From the NCBI GenBank assembly GCA_041641305.1, contig JBEPYN010000001.1:352001-416000 (forward strand): a DNA stretch of 64,000 nt. Direction: 5' to 3'. Both the position numbers and the translations under genes were made by a program. Source of the DNA: Nitrososphaerota archaeon (GTDB lineage: Archaea; Thermoproteota; Nitrososphaeria_A; Caldarchaeales; Caldarchaeaceae). Below are positions 46,405 to 57,030 of the stretch, piece after piece (position 1 is the stretch's first letter; each line of letters begins with the position of its first letter). Under the pieces are notes generated by a model that was given only the letters and a program-made list of their open reading frames with translations, did not search any database and was not told the origin of the DNA.

Positions 46405-47733
46405 TTACGGCAGCACTAGGTTGCGGACTGTCTGTGGTTGGTCTGGGCTCCACACAGGCACGAGCTCGCCGTTCTGCCACTGTCCAAAATACCAGTAGAG
46501 GTTCGGTAACGCGAGGTTGAGGCCGTGTAGTTTCCTGTTAAACTGTATCCGCCCGATCACTCCCTCGTAGTCTGTCTGCTCCAAGGCGGCTACCAGTCTA
46601 TCGGCTTTCCATGTGTTTGCTCTCTCGAGGGCCTCTTTAAGGACATATATGGCGTCGTAGGTGTCGAAGGCGGCTGTGTTCGGTGTCTCCTTAAACCGTC
46701 CCGTAAACTTCTCTATGAAGGGTATGGTCTTCGGCGTGACGGGGACTTTGACCGTGGCTGGCCACCAGATAGTTCCCTGTGCAGCACCCTCAGTCTGCGT
46801 CCAGAACCATGAGAAGCCGCCCAGCAGCCCGGGTCCGAAGATTATCGGTTTCTTACAGGGGGACCAGTCATAAGCAGCCCACTGCTTGGTGAAAGCCACT
46901 CCGGGCGGGCCTGAGAACAGGAGGATAATCAAGCCGGCGCACTTCTCTTTGATTCTTGCAAGGTAGCTGGAGAAGTCTGATTGAGTGGTTGGGTAGAGCT
47001 CTGCGAAGACTAGGTCGAAGCCTTGGGCCTGCAGTCTCTTGAAGAACGTGGAGTTGCCCGCAGGCCTGCCGGCCAAGCCAACAGTCCAGAGAGCGTTCTC
47101 GGCAACAAGAGCAATCCTAGTCACGTTGGGATAATTGGGGTTGTTTTGTGCAGCGTTTCGAAGCGCGCTGGGGATGGCTGCTATGTAGGGCCCTGCGCTG
47201 GAGTTGCGTCCTCCAGCGAAGAAGTGGAAATAGTACTTGTAATTCTCATAGTCGTTTTGGACAAGGTCCTCGACGATGCGCTGGTTGGACTCGATGTCTA
47301 GGTAGACAATCTTGTACTGGGATAGTAGCTGAGTTTGTGCGACGACGATGTCTGTTCTCACACCTCCCACGATGACGTGGGCTCCGTGAACCTCGACCAG
47401 CCTCTTAAACGCTGTAACGCCTTGGTCTACTGGGATGAGCGGGTCCATCTCGTTAGTGTCCTCGGCTACCAAAACGAGCTCATATCTTGTTCCGTTGAGT
47501 ACTACTCCGCCTGCGGCGTTTATCTCCTCGACAGCCATCTCGGCGGCGTATTTGGCGTGGATGCCTACAGGGTTGGTGAGAGGAAGCGAGAGCCCTATGA
47601 TGATCTGTCTCTTCTGCTGCTCAGGTGTAAAGACACCGGTTAGAAAAATTCCCGCGACAGCGGCGACCGCTATCACGACAACGACCAGTGCTACAACAGC
47701 CGTTCTACTTACAGCCTTTATACTCTTGTTCAC
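46405..47733 (-). CDS. Branched-chain amino acid-type ABC substrate-binding protein
   Basis: N-terminal TM, AVEEINAAGG, YDA.Y....A, G..G.I.F. Confidence 0.88.
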   Translation of the reverse strand: MNKSIKAVSRTAVVALVVVVIAVAAVAGIFLTGVFTPEQQKRQIIIGLSLPLTNPVGIHAKYAAEMAVEEINAAGGVVLNGTRYELVLVAEDTNEMDPLIPVDQGVTAFKRLVEVHGAHVIVGGVRTDIVVAQTQLLSQYKIVYLDIESNQRIVEDLVQNDYENYKYYFHFFAGGRNSSAGPYIAAIPSALRNAAQNNPNYPNVTRIALVAENALWTVGLAGRPAGNSTFFKRLQAQGFDLVFAELYPTTQSDFSSYLARIKEKCAGLIILLFSGPPGVAFTKQWAAYDWSPCKKPIIFGPGLLGGFSWFWTQTEGAAQGTIWWPATVKVPVTPKTIPFIEKFTGRFKETPNTAAFDTYDAIYVLKEALERANTWKADRLVAALEQTDYEGVIGRIQFNRKLHGLNLALPNLYWYFGQWQNGELVPVWSPDQPQTVRNLVLP

Positions 47734-47804
47734 GCAGTTAATCGCTTATGTGAATTATTTATAGGTTATCCAGAAAGGGGTGTGTTTAAAACGACCGCGG
47801 GCTG

Positions 47805-48488
47805 ATGTTTTTTATGATTGTGGTTGACAGCAACGAGGCTTCTGAAAACAGTAGGTTGGTGGAGTCGCTGGCGAAAGTTGTCGAGACTGCTGTGAAGCCT
47901 CTGCAGGCAGGCGATTACTTGATTGTCGGTAGGGAGAAGCATGCTTTGGTGGAGAGGAAAACTGTGATGGATTTTCTAAACAGCCTGAAGGGGAGGCTGT
48001 GGGAACAACTCTCAACCATGAAAATGTTTGAGGGAGAGAAGGTTCTCATCCTTGAGGGATACCTCGGGCTGTATAGAAAACGGGGATGGAAAGAGGTCTC
48101 CATCCTCGCTTTGATGGACAAAATTGTGCATGACTGGGGGATACCCATCATCCCCACACCAGACATCCGTGGAACACTCACATACCTCGTGTGGAAAAAC
48201 AAGTCCCTCGGCGAGGTTGAGGAGTTCCGCGAATATCCGCTGCGAGTTAAGAGAAAAGGGCTGACGGCGGAGGAGCAGGCTTTATTCGTTCTCGAAGGCC
48301 TCTGCGGACACGAGACAGCCAAAGCGCTTCTCAGCCATTACAGGACACTCAGAAACGTCTTCACTGCGCTGACACCTGAAAATATGCATGAGCTGGGAAA
48401 AATCAAGGTCGGTGGTAGGAGAATACCGGAGAAAACTGTGAAAAAAATGGTTGAGGTGGCTAACACTGTGTATGGTGGGGAGGGTTAG
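47805..48488 (+). CDS. xpf: XPF/ERCC4 structure-specific endonuclease (short, helicase-less form)
   Basis: VD..E, GDY, ERKT..DF..S..GRL..Q; C-terminal HhH-like region. Confidence 0.88.
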   Translation: MFFMIVVDSNEASENSRLVESLAKVVETAVKPLQAGDYLIVGREKHALVERKTVMDFLNSLKGRLWEQLSTMKMFEGEKVLILEGYLGLYRKRGWKEVSILALMDKIVHDWGIPIIPTPDIRGTLTYLVWKNKSLGEVEEFREYPLRVKRKGLTAEEQALFVLEGLCGHETAKALLSHYRTLRNVFTALTPENMHELGKIKVGGRRIPEKTVKKMVEVANTVYGGEG

Positions 48489-49885
48489 GCGCCGAGGAAC
48501 TGTTTCTCAACCTCGGGCAGCCAATCCAGCTCCTTCCTTAGACGCTCTATGGATTTCTTGATCTCCTCCTCAGGATACTGCCATGGCGGCAGCTTGCCCT
48601 CGAAGAACTCTTCGTATGCGTGGAGGTCGAAGGCACCGTGTCCACAGAGGTTGAACAGTATCACCTTCTCCTCACCCGTTTGCTTGCATCGCAGGGCCTC
48701 GTCGATGACGAAGCGAATTGTGTGCGATGGCTCGGGCCCTGGCAGGAACCCTTCAGCCCTCGCGAAAGTCACCGCCGCCTCAAACACAGACACTTGGTCG
48801 TATGCGTATGGTTTTATCCAGCCTTCGTGGAGGAGAAGACATAGTGTCGGTGCGTCGCCGTGGTAGCGTAGCCCGCCTGCGTGGATTGGTGGAGGTACGA
48901 AGTCTGAGCCGAGGGTGTACATGGGTAGGAGCGGCGTCATCTTAGCTGTGTCCCCGAAGTCGTAGGTGTATATACCCTTGGTCATGGTTGGGCAGGCTGT
49001 CGGCTCTGTGGCGACGAACTGAACCTTCTTAGGAGCCTTCTTCGAAATCACTTCATAGTAGAACGGCCACGTCAAACCAGAGAAGCTGCTTCCACCGCCG
49101 ACGCATCCCGCAACTATGTCTGGATAATCGTCAACCTGTTTCAGCTGCTCAAGAGCCTCGAGGCCCTGGACCGTTTGATGCATAAGCACGTGGTTGAGGA
49201 CGCTGCCGAGACTGTATTTGGTGTTCTCATGGGTTACACAATCTTCGAGGGCTTCGCTTATGGCTATGCCGAGGCTGCCGGGATGGTTCGGGTCCTTTGC
49301 AAGCATGCTTCTACCAAAGTTTGTTCTGTCGCTTGGGCTTGGATAAACCTCCGCACCCCATGAATGCATCAACATCTTGCGCGCGGGTTTCTGCAGGTAG
49401 CTCGCCCTCACCATGTAGACGGTGCACTTAAGCCCAAACATCCTCGTGGCGAAGGACAAAGCGCTTCCCCACTGTCCCGCACCAGTCTCCGTCGTCAACC
49501 TCTCCACACCCTCTTTCATGTTGTAATAGGCCTGCGCCACCGCTGTGTTTGGCTTGTGCGAACCAGGAGGCGAGACACCCTCGTGCTTATAGTAGATGCG
49601 TGCAGGTGTCTTGAGCATCTTCTCGAGATTGACTGCTCTATAGAGCGGAGTCGGTCTCCAAATTCGGAGAATTTCCCGCACCTCTTCGGGAATGGGTATC
49701 CACCGCTCCGGGCTCAGCTCTTGCCGAATCAGCTCTTTGGGAAAGATTCTCTCGAGCTTGGCGGGGTCGATGGGCCCTTTTGTCGACGGGTCTATCGGCG
49801 GTGGCAGAGGCTTCGGCAAATCAGGCAAAATGTTGTACCAATATTTCGGCAGGCTGTTTTCATCTAGGACGATTTTACGGTTCAT
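48485..49885 (-). CDS. trpB2: Tryptophan synthase beta chain, type 2
   Basis: [11 protein letters not shown] lysine, [28 protein letters not shown]. Confidence 0.95.
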   Translation of the reverse strand: MNRKIVLDENSLPKYWYNILPDLPKPLPPPIDPSTKGPIDPAKLERIFPKELIRQELSPERWIPIPEEVREILRIWRPTPLYRAVNLEKMLKTPARIYYKHEGVSPPGSHKPNTAVAQAYYNMKEGVERLTTETGAGQWGSALSFATRMFGLKCTVYMVRASYLQKPARKMLMHSWGAEVYPSPSDRTNFGRSMLAKDPNHPGSLGIAISEALEDCVTHENTKYSLGSVLNHVLMHQTVQGLEALEQLKQVDDYPDIVAGCVGGGSSFSGLTWPFYYEVISKKAPKKVQFVATEPTACPTMTKGIYTYDFGDTAKMTPLLPMYTLGSDFVPPPIHAGGLRYHGDAPTLCLLLHEGWIKPYAYDQVSVFEAAVTFARAEGFLPGPEPSHTIRFVIDEALRCKQTGEEKVILFNLCGHGAFDLHAYEEFFEGKLPPWQYPEEEIKKSIERLRKELDWLPEVEKQFLGA

Positions 49886-49971
49886 TCACATTTCAAATAT
49901 TTGTGAAATATATAAGCTTTAGAGAATTGACATGAAATATCCTAAAGAATAGCAGCATTATCTTTTGTGAT

Positions 49972-51141
49972 GTGAACTTCGAGGAAGACGAGGAAATATT
50001 GTTCATAAGAAGATCGGTTTCCGAGTTTATGAAACGGTTTCCGCTCGAGTATTGGCGTAAGGCTGATGTAGAGAGGCGTTTTCCAGAAGAATATTGGAAA
50101 ACGGCGGCTGAGCAGGGGTTTCTCGGCATCTGCATCAGTGAGCAGTATGGTGGGCTTGGTCTCGGGCTGCAGGCGGTCTCGGAGGCGATTATCGGTGTGG
50201 CGGCTGAAGGCGGAGGATTACCGGCGGGAGACTTGTTGATGCGGACAAATGTTTTCGCCGGCATGACTATCGAGAGGCTTGGCAGGGAGGAGGTTAAACA
50301 AAATTATTTGCCTAGACTTGTCAAGGGCGAGCTCATATGCTCCTTCGGACACACGGAGCCAAACGCCGGCGTAAACACCTTCGACATACAAACATCGGCC
50401 GTTAGAGAAGGAGACGGCTACAGACTTAACGGTCAGAAAATCTGGATAACCCTCGCACACCTCGCCGACATCATAATTACAGTTGCACGCACCACACCCA
50501 AAGATAAAGCAAGAAAAAAGTCTGAAGGCCTAACCCTCTTCCTCGTAGACGCAAAACAGCCCGGCGTCAAGACATCAAAGATACCTGGAATGGCTTTGAG
50601 GCCGCTTACGAGCAACGTGGTCTACTTTGAGGATGCTTGGGTTCCGGCGACTCATGTCCTCGGCGAGGTGGACAAGGGGTGGGAGGCGCTTACATCTCTC
50701 CTAAACGCCGAACGGGTTTGCACAGCCTCCATATCAATAGGTGTAGCCGAGCACCTGCTCAACAGGTCCGTGGACTACGCCTCCAACAGACGTGTTTTCG
50801 GAAGACCCATCGGAAGCAACCAAGCCATACAGTTTCCCTTGGCCGAGGTGAAGGCTGAGCTCGAGGTTGCACGGCTGATGACGCGAAAAGCCGCTTGGCT
50901 CTTTGACAACGGCAAAGAATGCGCTTTTGAAGCAAATGTTGCTGCCTTCACAGCCGCGAGGGTCGCGTTCAAGGCCGCTGACAGAGCTGTACAAACATTC
51001 GGAGGAAACGGTTTCGCCGAAGACAACGATATCGAGAGGTTCTTCCGCGACGCCAGGCTGTTCAAAACAGCGCCAGTTCCTGAGGAGATGGTTCTCAACT
51101 ACATCGGCACACGGGTCCTCAACATGCCGAGGAGTTTCTAA
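49972..51141 (+). CDS. Acyl-CoA dehydrogenase
   Basis: TEPNAG, LNGQKIW, LNAER, RVFGRPIG.NQ, QTFGG. Confidence 0.92.
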   Translation: MNFEEDEEILFIRRSVSEFMKRFPLEYWRKADVERRFPEEYWKTAAEQGFLGICISEQYGGLGLGLQAVSEAIIGVAAEGGGLPAGDLLMRTNVFAGMTIERLGREEVKQNYLPRLVKGELICSFGHTEPNAGVNTFDIQTSAVREGDGYRLNGQKIWITLAHLADIIITVARTTPKDKARKKSEGLTLFLVDAKQPGVKTSKIPGMALRPLTSNVVYFEDAWVPATHVLGEVDKGWEALTSLLNAERVCTASISIGVAEHLLNRSVDYASNRRVFGRPIGSNQAIQFPLAEVKAELEVARLMTRKAAWLFDNGKECAFEANVAAFTAARVAFKAADRAVQTFGGNGFAEDNDIERFFRDARLFKTAPVPEEMVLNYIGTRVLNMPRSF

Positions 51142-51172
51142 CTTTAATAATTGACACACTTCTATCTATTTG

Positions 51173-53551
51173 ATGAATTTCCAAGTGGTAGGCTCTCCAG
51201 TTAAAACCAAGGAGGGGCTGAGACATGTTAGGGGCCGCGGAAGGTTTGTCGACGATGTTGTTCTCCCACGCATGGCCTATGTTTCTTTTCTCCGTTCTCC
51301 TTATCCGCATGCATTGATTAAATCGATAGATGTTTCGCGTGCGGCTAGGGCTGATGGTGTTCTGGGAGTTTTTACAGGAGCGGACATAGCGGCTGTCACC
51401 AAACCATTTCCCCAGTTGACTGTTCCACCTGCGTCGAAGGTTGTTGACTACTCGATGGCTGTGAAGAAGGTGAGGTTTGTCGGCGAACCTGTTGCAGCGG
51501 TTGTTGCAGAAAGCGTGTACCAAGCCCGTGACGCTGTTGAGCTTATTGATGTAGAGTACGAGCCTCTTGAACCTATTGTAAACCCAATGAAGGTTTTGAG
51601 TGGAGAAGGGCCGCTTATCCACGAGGAAGCCGGCACGAACATCGCAGCCACCGTTGACTACAACTACGGCGACTACGATAGCGCAGCAGCTCAAGCCGAC
51701 CGCATTATCCGCACAAGCCTCGTCTTCCACCGCTTCAGCTCAACACCTCTTGAGCCGAACGGGGTCCTCGCATCCTACGACGAAAAAGACGGATACACAA
51801 TCTACTGCAACAACCAGATGCCCATGTTCCTTTCCCCATCCATCCTCAGGGCCCTCGACACAGACATCACACACGTGAGAATAATCACGCAAGACATCGG
51901 AGGAGGGTTCGGCGTCAAGATCATCAACTATACATACATGGTTCTGGTAGCCGCCTTGTCAAGGCTTGTGGGAAGACCTGTCAAATGGATAGAGACGAGG
52001 TCGGAGCACATGATGGCGAGCTCCCACGGAGCCGATAGATATTTCAACGTTGAGGCGGCTGTGAAGAACGACGGCACCCTTCTCGGGCTAAACGTTGTCA
52101 CAGTCGATGACATAGGTGCCTATGCGCGTCACGAGCCGGCTGGGCTGACTGTCTGGGCTCAGGTCGCCTCGGGCTGCTGCAAATTCAAGCATCTCCGACA
52201 ACGGATGTACGCCGTTTTCACAAACAAGTGCCCTGCCGGGCCCAACAGAGGCTTTTCCAGAGCACCTCACCAGTTCATGATTGAGCGGGTTCTGGACAAA
52301 ATAGCACATGAACTGGGCAAAGACCCTGTAGAGGTGAGGAGAATCAACTACGTGACAAAAGATATGCAGCCCTACCGAACCCTCAACGGATGCGTCTACG
52401 ACGGCGGAGACTATGTTGGAGCTCTTGAGAAGGCGGCTGAGATGGTTGATTACTGGGGCTGGAGAAGAAGGCAGGAGCAGCTAAGGGCTGAGGGCAGATA
52501 CATAGGTGTGGGGGTAGGTGTCACGATTGACTCGGGCGCGGCCAACTTTGGGCAGGTAAGGATGCTCAACCCATCTCTCCCAAACGTCGGCACAAGCGAG
52601 GCCGCCACAGTACAGATGACACCCGACGGAAAAATCCTCGTCAAACTCGGCACCATTCCACAGGGCCAGTCCCATGAAACCATCGCATCCCAGATAGTCG
52701 CAGACGTGCTTGGCATAGACTACGAGGACATCACTGTCGCAACCGGGTTTGACTCAGGCTCCCATCCCTACACCCTCCACTCGGGAACCTATGCGAGCAG
52801 GTTCGCCGGCACAGGAATGGTTGCCACATACTTGGCCGCTCAGAGGCTCAAGGACATGGTTGCAGCCGTTGCGGCTAAGATTCTCGAGGCAAGGAAAGAG
52901 GACATAGTTGTGCAGGGCGGGGTTGCATATGTCAGGGACGCGCCGGAGAGAAAAGTCTCCTTCAAACGGATTGCGCGAACGGCTTACGCCAACCCGTTTG
53001 AGCTCCCCGAAGGCATGGAGCCCGGGTTGACAGCCCATGCCGTATTCAGCCCACCATTCCAGCCCCCTGACGAAAACAAGGTTGGCAACCTCACCCTAAC
53101 ATACTCCTACCAAGCACACGCAGTAGTCGTCGAAGTAGACCCAGAAACAGGCAAAGTGAAAATCCTCGACTACGCCATAGTCGACGACTGCGGACGTGTC
53201 ATCAACCCCGCTATAGTAGATGGACAGGTTCACGGGGCCGCTTACCATGGCATCGGCGCAGTTCTCTACGAGAACTTTGAATACAACGAGGACGGTGTTC
53301 TTCTCACATCCAATTTCTCAGATTATCTCGCGCCAACAGCTGTGGAGATACCTATGTTCAAGATGGAGAGGTTTATGATACCTTCGCCGTTCACACCTCT
53401 CGGAGCCAAGGGTGTTGGCGAGGGATGCGGCGCACCGATTCCCGCGATAGTGGCCGCCGTCGAAGACGCTGTCCAAACAGAGATAACGTCTTCACACATC
53501 AAGCCTGAGCAGCTGCAGAAAATTCTCCAGAAAACTTCTCGCAACCAATAA
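51173..53551 (+). CDS. Xanthine dehydrogenase family molybdopterin-binding large subunit (CoxL-like fold, not form I CODH)
   Basis: RSPYPHA, GGGFG, NRGF, QGQSHET, GQVHG, KGVGE. Confidence 0.9.
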   Translation: MNFQVVGSPVKTKEGLRHVRGRGRFVDDVVLPRMAYVSFLRSPYPHALIKSIDVSRAARADGVLGVFTGADIAAVTKPFPQLTVPPASKVVDYSMAVKKVRFVGEPVAAVVAESVYQARDAVELIDVEYEPLEPIVNPMKVLSGEGPLIHEEAGTNIAATVDYNYGDYDSAAAQADRIIRTSLVFHRFSSTPLEPNGVLASYDEKDGYTIYCNNQMPMFLSPSILRALDTDITHVRIITQDIGGGFGVKIINYTYMVLVAALSRLVGRPVKWIETRSEHMMASSHGADRYFNVEAAVKNDGTLLGLNVVTVDDIGAYARHEPAGLTVWAQVASGCCKFKHLRQRMYAVFTNKCPAGPNRGFSRAPHQFMIERVLDKIAHELGKDPVEVRRINYVTKDMQPYRTLNGCVYDGGDYVGALEKAAEMVDYWGWRRRQEQLRAEGRYIGVGVGVTIDSGAANFGQVRMLNPSLPNVGTSEAATVQMTPDGKILVKLGTIPQGQSHETIASQIVADVLGIDYEDITVATGFDSGSHPYTLHSGTYASRFAGTGMVATYLAAQRLKDMVAAVAAKILEARKEDIVVQGGVAYVRDAPERKVSFKRIARTAYANPFELPEGMEPGLTAHAVFSPPFQPPDENKVGNLTLTYSYQAHAVVVEVDPETGKVKILDYAIVDDCGRVINPAIVDGQVHGAAYHGIGAVLYENFEYNEDGVLLTSNFSDYLAPTAVEIPMFKMERFMIPSPFTPLGAKGVGEGCGAPIPAIVAAVEDAVQTEITSSHIKPEQLQKILQKTSRNQ

Positions 53552-53575
53552 ATTAACCCAAATAGGTGGAGACGC

Positions 53576-54757
53576 ATGACCAAAATATTTGTTACAGCAT
53601 ATGCGGAGACACCTGTAAGCAGAGCACGCGTCGACAAAGGTGAGAAGAAGCTAACAATTGAACAATATTATGCATGGGCCCTGAACATGGTTCTCGAGCA
53701 GACGGGCCTATCTCTAAGTGATTTTAGGGGGATAGGTGTGGGTGTGACCGGGTCTGCTTATCCGCGTGCGGAGATTTGGTCGGCTGAGGTTGTTCAAAAC
53801 CTTGGACTGGAGCCGCGGTTGCTGCTACGAGGAGACCATGGCGGAGCTAATGGGGCTGCTCTGCTTGTGGCGGGAGCCTTGGCAATACAGGCCGGCTACG
53901 TCGACCACTTCCTCATCCTCGGTGCCGACACACCCATGAACATCACGGGAGAAGCTGCTCTAACCTGGCGGTATGAGCTCGACTACCTGATGCCCGTGGG
54001 GATGATGGGGCCCAACAGCATGGCCGCTATGATGATGCAGCGCCAAATACATCAATACGGCTACAAGCCCGAACACTACGGCAAAATATCGGTCTCCCAG
54101 CGGGAGAACGCGTCCAAAAACCCCAACGCATACTTCCGCACACCCTTAAAGATGGAGGAATATCTCAACTCGCCGCTTATCTCAGACCCGCTGCGGATGC
54201 TCGACATCTGTCCATTCGTAAACGGAGGCTTCGCCCTACTACTTTCAAGAGACACCGTCGCGAAAAAGGTCACAGACAAGCTTGTTAAGGTAGCGGGCTT
54301 CGGCTCATGGCACAACCTCGACGCATCCAACAGCCTAAAGGACATCACGACAACAGGTGTCAAAAACGCTGTCAAACAAGCTTTGGAGATGAGCGGGATC
54401 AAGCTAAAAGATATCGGGCTTTTCAACGCCTACGATGACTACACCCCCGTCGTGATAATGCAGCTGGAGGACGCCGGGTTCTGCGAAAAAGGTAAGGCTG
54501 GAAAATTCCTCGAGGAGACAGACATAACCTATAGGGGAGAACTGCCTCTGAACACGGGAGGCGGCCTCCTCTCATACGGACAAGCTGGAATGGCGGGCGG
54601 CATGCATCATCTCGTCGAAGCTGTGCGGCAGCAGAGGGGCGAGGCAGGTGAGAGACAGGTCAAAGACCTCCGATACTCACTCGTAACATCGGTGGGAGCG
54701 CTGGAACACGGCGGAACATTCATCAACAACTATGCCATAATATTCGGAGGTGAGTAG
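53576..54757 (+). CDS. Thiolase-superfamily protein lacking the catalytic Cys (Ltp2-like aldolase candidate)
   Basis: DHGGAN at the Cys position, YDDY, PLNTGGGLLSYG, AGERQV. Confidence 0.85.
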   Translation: MTKIFVTAYAETPVSRARVDKGEKKLTIEQYYAWALNMVLEQTGLSLSDFRGIGVGVTGSAYPRAEIWSAEVVQNLGLEPRLLLRGDHGGANGAALLVAGALAIQAGYVDHFLILGADTPMNITGEAALTWRYELDYLMPVGMMGPNSMAAMMMQRQIHQYGYKPEHYGKISVSQRENASKNPNAYFRTPLKMEEYLNSPLISDPLRMLDICPFVNGGFALLLSRDTVAKKVTDKLVKVAGFGSWHNLDASNSLKDITTTGVKNAVKQALEMSGIKLKDIGLFNAYDDYTPVVIMQLEDAGFCEKGKAGKFLEETDITYRGELPLNTGGGLLSYGQAGMAGGMHHLVEAVRQQRGEAGERQVKDLRYSLVTSVGALEHGGTFINNYAIIFGGE

Positions 54758-54759
54758 CG

Positions 54760-55173
54760 GTGAGCGAATACAAACGCCCGCTTCCGCAAATAACCGAATA
54801 CACACAGGCTTTTTGGCAGGCTGCGAAAAACGGGCAACTGATGATTCAAGAATGTAGAAGATGCGGCCATAAACAGTGGTATCCGAGGCCATCCTGCACC
54901 TCATGCGGATCTCTCGACCTCGGGTGGAGACAGTCTTCCGGAAAAGGATCCATACACTCCTTCACCGTCATTCGCAGGGTTGTGGCTAATTCGCCTGATT
55001 TCCAGCGTGATATTCCTTTCGTCATTGCTGAGGTTGACCTAGACGAGGGTGTGAGGATGTATGCGCGTGTTGAGGCATCTCCCGAGCAGGTAAGAGTTGG
55101 TCAACGGGTTAAGGTAAGTTTCAGAGAAGCAACTCCAGAGATAACACTCTACACTTTTTCCCCATCCGCATGA
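54760..55173 (+). CDS. DUF35 Zn-ribbon/OB-fold protein
   Basis: FW......L.IQ.C..C....YPR..C..C, LDEG.R. Confidence 0.9.
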   Translation: MSEYKRPLPQITEYTQAFWQAAKNGQLMIQECRRCGHKQWYPRPSCTSCGSLDLGWRQSSGKGSIHSFTVIRRVVANSPDFQRDIPFVIAEVDLDEGVRMYARVEASPEQVRVGQRVKVSFREATPEITLYTFSPSA

Positions 55174-55595
55174 CTAGGTTCAGGATAGGGTTTCAGGACA
55201 CCGACTCCACGGGCCGCGTCTACTTCCCAACATACGTCAAATGGTTTGACATAGCTTTCATAGAGCACCTACGCAGCCAGGGGGTGGTTTTCGACAAACA
55301 GGGCCGTTTGAGGATGGGAGACACTTTGTTGAACTCAACCCTCGTCATAGGAGAGTACCACTGTAGAATAGAGAAGCCGTCTGGCTATGATGACGAGGTC
55401 GAGGCGGAGATTGTATCGGCTGAGGCGGGGAACAAATCCCTCAAAGTCGTCTTCAAACTGATGAACATGCAAGGCGAGGTTCTGGCCCATGGGCACATAA
55501 CCTACATCATGGTCGACATAAAGACAGGAAAGGCTGTCCCGTTACACGAAATAATTCTTAGGAATATTTTAGACATTTCGAGTGCAAAAACGTAA
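55170..55595 (+). CDS. Hot-dog acyl-CoA thioesterase (4HBT/YbgC family)
   Basis: DTD..G.VY...Y..WF motif. Confidence 0.88.
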   Translation: MTRFRIGFQDTDSTGRVYFPTYVKWFDIAFIEHLRSQGVVFDKQGRLRMGDTLLNSTLVIGEYHCRIEKPSGYDDEVEAEIVSAEAGNKSLKVVFKLMNMQGEVLAHGHITYIMVDIKTGKAVPLHEIILRNILDISSAKT

Positions 55596-55628
55596 AAACA
55601 TCGTCAACCGTTTGACACCTCGTCCCCT

Positions 55629-56297
55629 ATGACGCCTCTCGAGGCCCTCGCAGTTGCCCTGACAGGGGCGACAGCAGCCCTAATCGCATACAGCCTCCAG
55701 AGAGCACGCAGCGGCAAAAGCAGGGCCTCGGAGTGGCCCTTCTCGGTTCTAGGAGTAGACCCGGACGACTCCCTTGACGAGATAAAGAAAACATACCGAA
55801 GTCTTGTGAAAAAATTTCACCCCGACAACCTTCCCCGAGAAGCTTCTCCACAGGTGAGAAAACTGTATGAGGAGCGGCTCATCAAGCTGAACACAGCCTA
55901 CAAAACTATTTTGTCGCTTCGTGCAGTTGAGCCCAGAAAGCTGACACTTAGGGAAGAGGAGCTGGCGCCGGTTGAGGAGATGCTCAAGTCAGCGAGAATA
56001 GCCGTGGATAAGGAGGTGAGAAAAGCTCTGGAAAACGCCTACACAGCCGCGGAAACACTCGTCAAATCCCTACACAGGGCCGCCGGCCTTGTAGGACGGA
56101 CAGCCCACTACTATGACCTTTTGACAGACCTCATGATCAACGACGTCATCAGCGTAGAAGAGTTCGAGATACTCGCAGCCGCACGCCGCTACACCAGCAC
56201 AGGAAACGGTCGAGAAAATACACCCAAAGAAGTTCACGACCTTGTTGAGAAACTTTGGGAAGTCTACCTAAAAATAAGGCGGCGATACATCCGCTGA
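55629..56297 (+). CDS. Membrane-anchored J-domain protein with C-terminal HEPN-like domain
   Basis: N-terminal TM; PFSVLGV...EIKKTYR.L.KKFHPD...LN.AY J domain; HEPN-like tail assigned by eye. Confidence 0.8.
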   Translation: MTPLEALAVALTGATAALIAYSLQRARSGKSRASEWPFSVLGVDPDDSLDEIKKTYRSLVKKFHPDNLPREASPQVRKLYEERLIKLNTAYKTILSLRAVEPRKLTLREEELAPVEEMLKSARIAVDKEVRKALENAYTAAETLVKSLHRAAGLVGRTAHYYDLLTDLMINDVISVEEFEILAAARRYTSTGNGRENTPKEVHDLVEKLWEVYLKIRRRYIR

Positions 56298-56301
56298 CGG
56301 T

Positions 56302-57024
56302 ATGGAGAGGGCTGCCGACGTGTGTGTGGTCATCCCCACTTACAACGAGGCGATGAACATAGGGAGAGTGCTCCACCAGCTTATGGAGCTGCCTATCCCC
56401 AACCTTTGGGCGGTTGTTGTCGATGACGGAAGCCCCGACGGCACAGCTGATGTCGTGAAAAAAATTGGCGAAACAAACCACCGCGTAATTTTGCATAACA
56501 GAGGCGCGAAGAAAGGCCTCGGCTCCGCATACTACGAAGGCTTCAAAATAGCTCTCACCCTAAGTCCACGTGTCATACTTTCTATGGATGCCGACGGCTC
56601 CCACCCGGTTGAGCTGGTTCCCGAGCTTGTCAAAGCCGTTGAAAGCGGCGCCGATGCCGCTGTTGCTTCGCGCTACATCAAGGGAGGCAAATGGTCATCG
56701 AACCTTATCCGCATGCTTGTCAGCAGAGGAGCAAACCTCCTCGCACGCATATCCACGGGAGCGGGGGTAAGGGACATGACCTCGGGCTACAGAGCCTACA
56801 GCCAAAGAGCCGTCAAACACCTTGTCGAAAAACCATTTGAAAGGGGCTACGTCTTCCAAGTGGAGCTGCTGTATCGCCTGCTGCGCGAAGGCTACAAGGT
56901 CGTCGAGATACCCTTAGTCTTCATGCCGAGAATGGCGGGCGAATCGAAGCTCTCGAAAAAAGAAATCTTCAACTTCCTCCGCTGGTGTTTGAAGACGATG
57001 CTTAAAAGAATGATGAGACGGTGA
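56302..57024 (+). CDS. Polyprenol-phosphate mannose synthase (Dpm1-like GT2)
   Basis: IPTYNE, DDGSPDGT, GLG.AY..G, MDAD.SH, D.TSGYR. Confidence 0.9.
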   Translation: MERAADVCVVIPTYNEAMNIGRVLHQLMELPIPNLWAVVVDDGSPDGTADVVKKIGETNHRVILHNRGAKKGLGSAYYEGFKIALTLSPRVILSMDADGSHPVELVPELVKAVESGADAAVASRYIKGGKWSSNLIRMLVSRGANLLARISTGAGVRDMTSGYRAYSQRAVKHLVEKPFERGYVFQVELLYRLLREGYKVVEIPLVFMPRMAGESKLSKKEIFNFLRWCLKTMLKRMMRR

Positions 57025-57030
57025 ACAGGG

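Noticed and set aside
51173-53551. Aerobic CO dehydrogenase (form I CoxL)
   Set aside because: The active-site loop is PNRGFS rather than AYRCSFR, and coxM/coxS are not adjacent.
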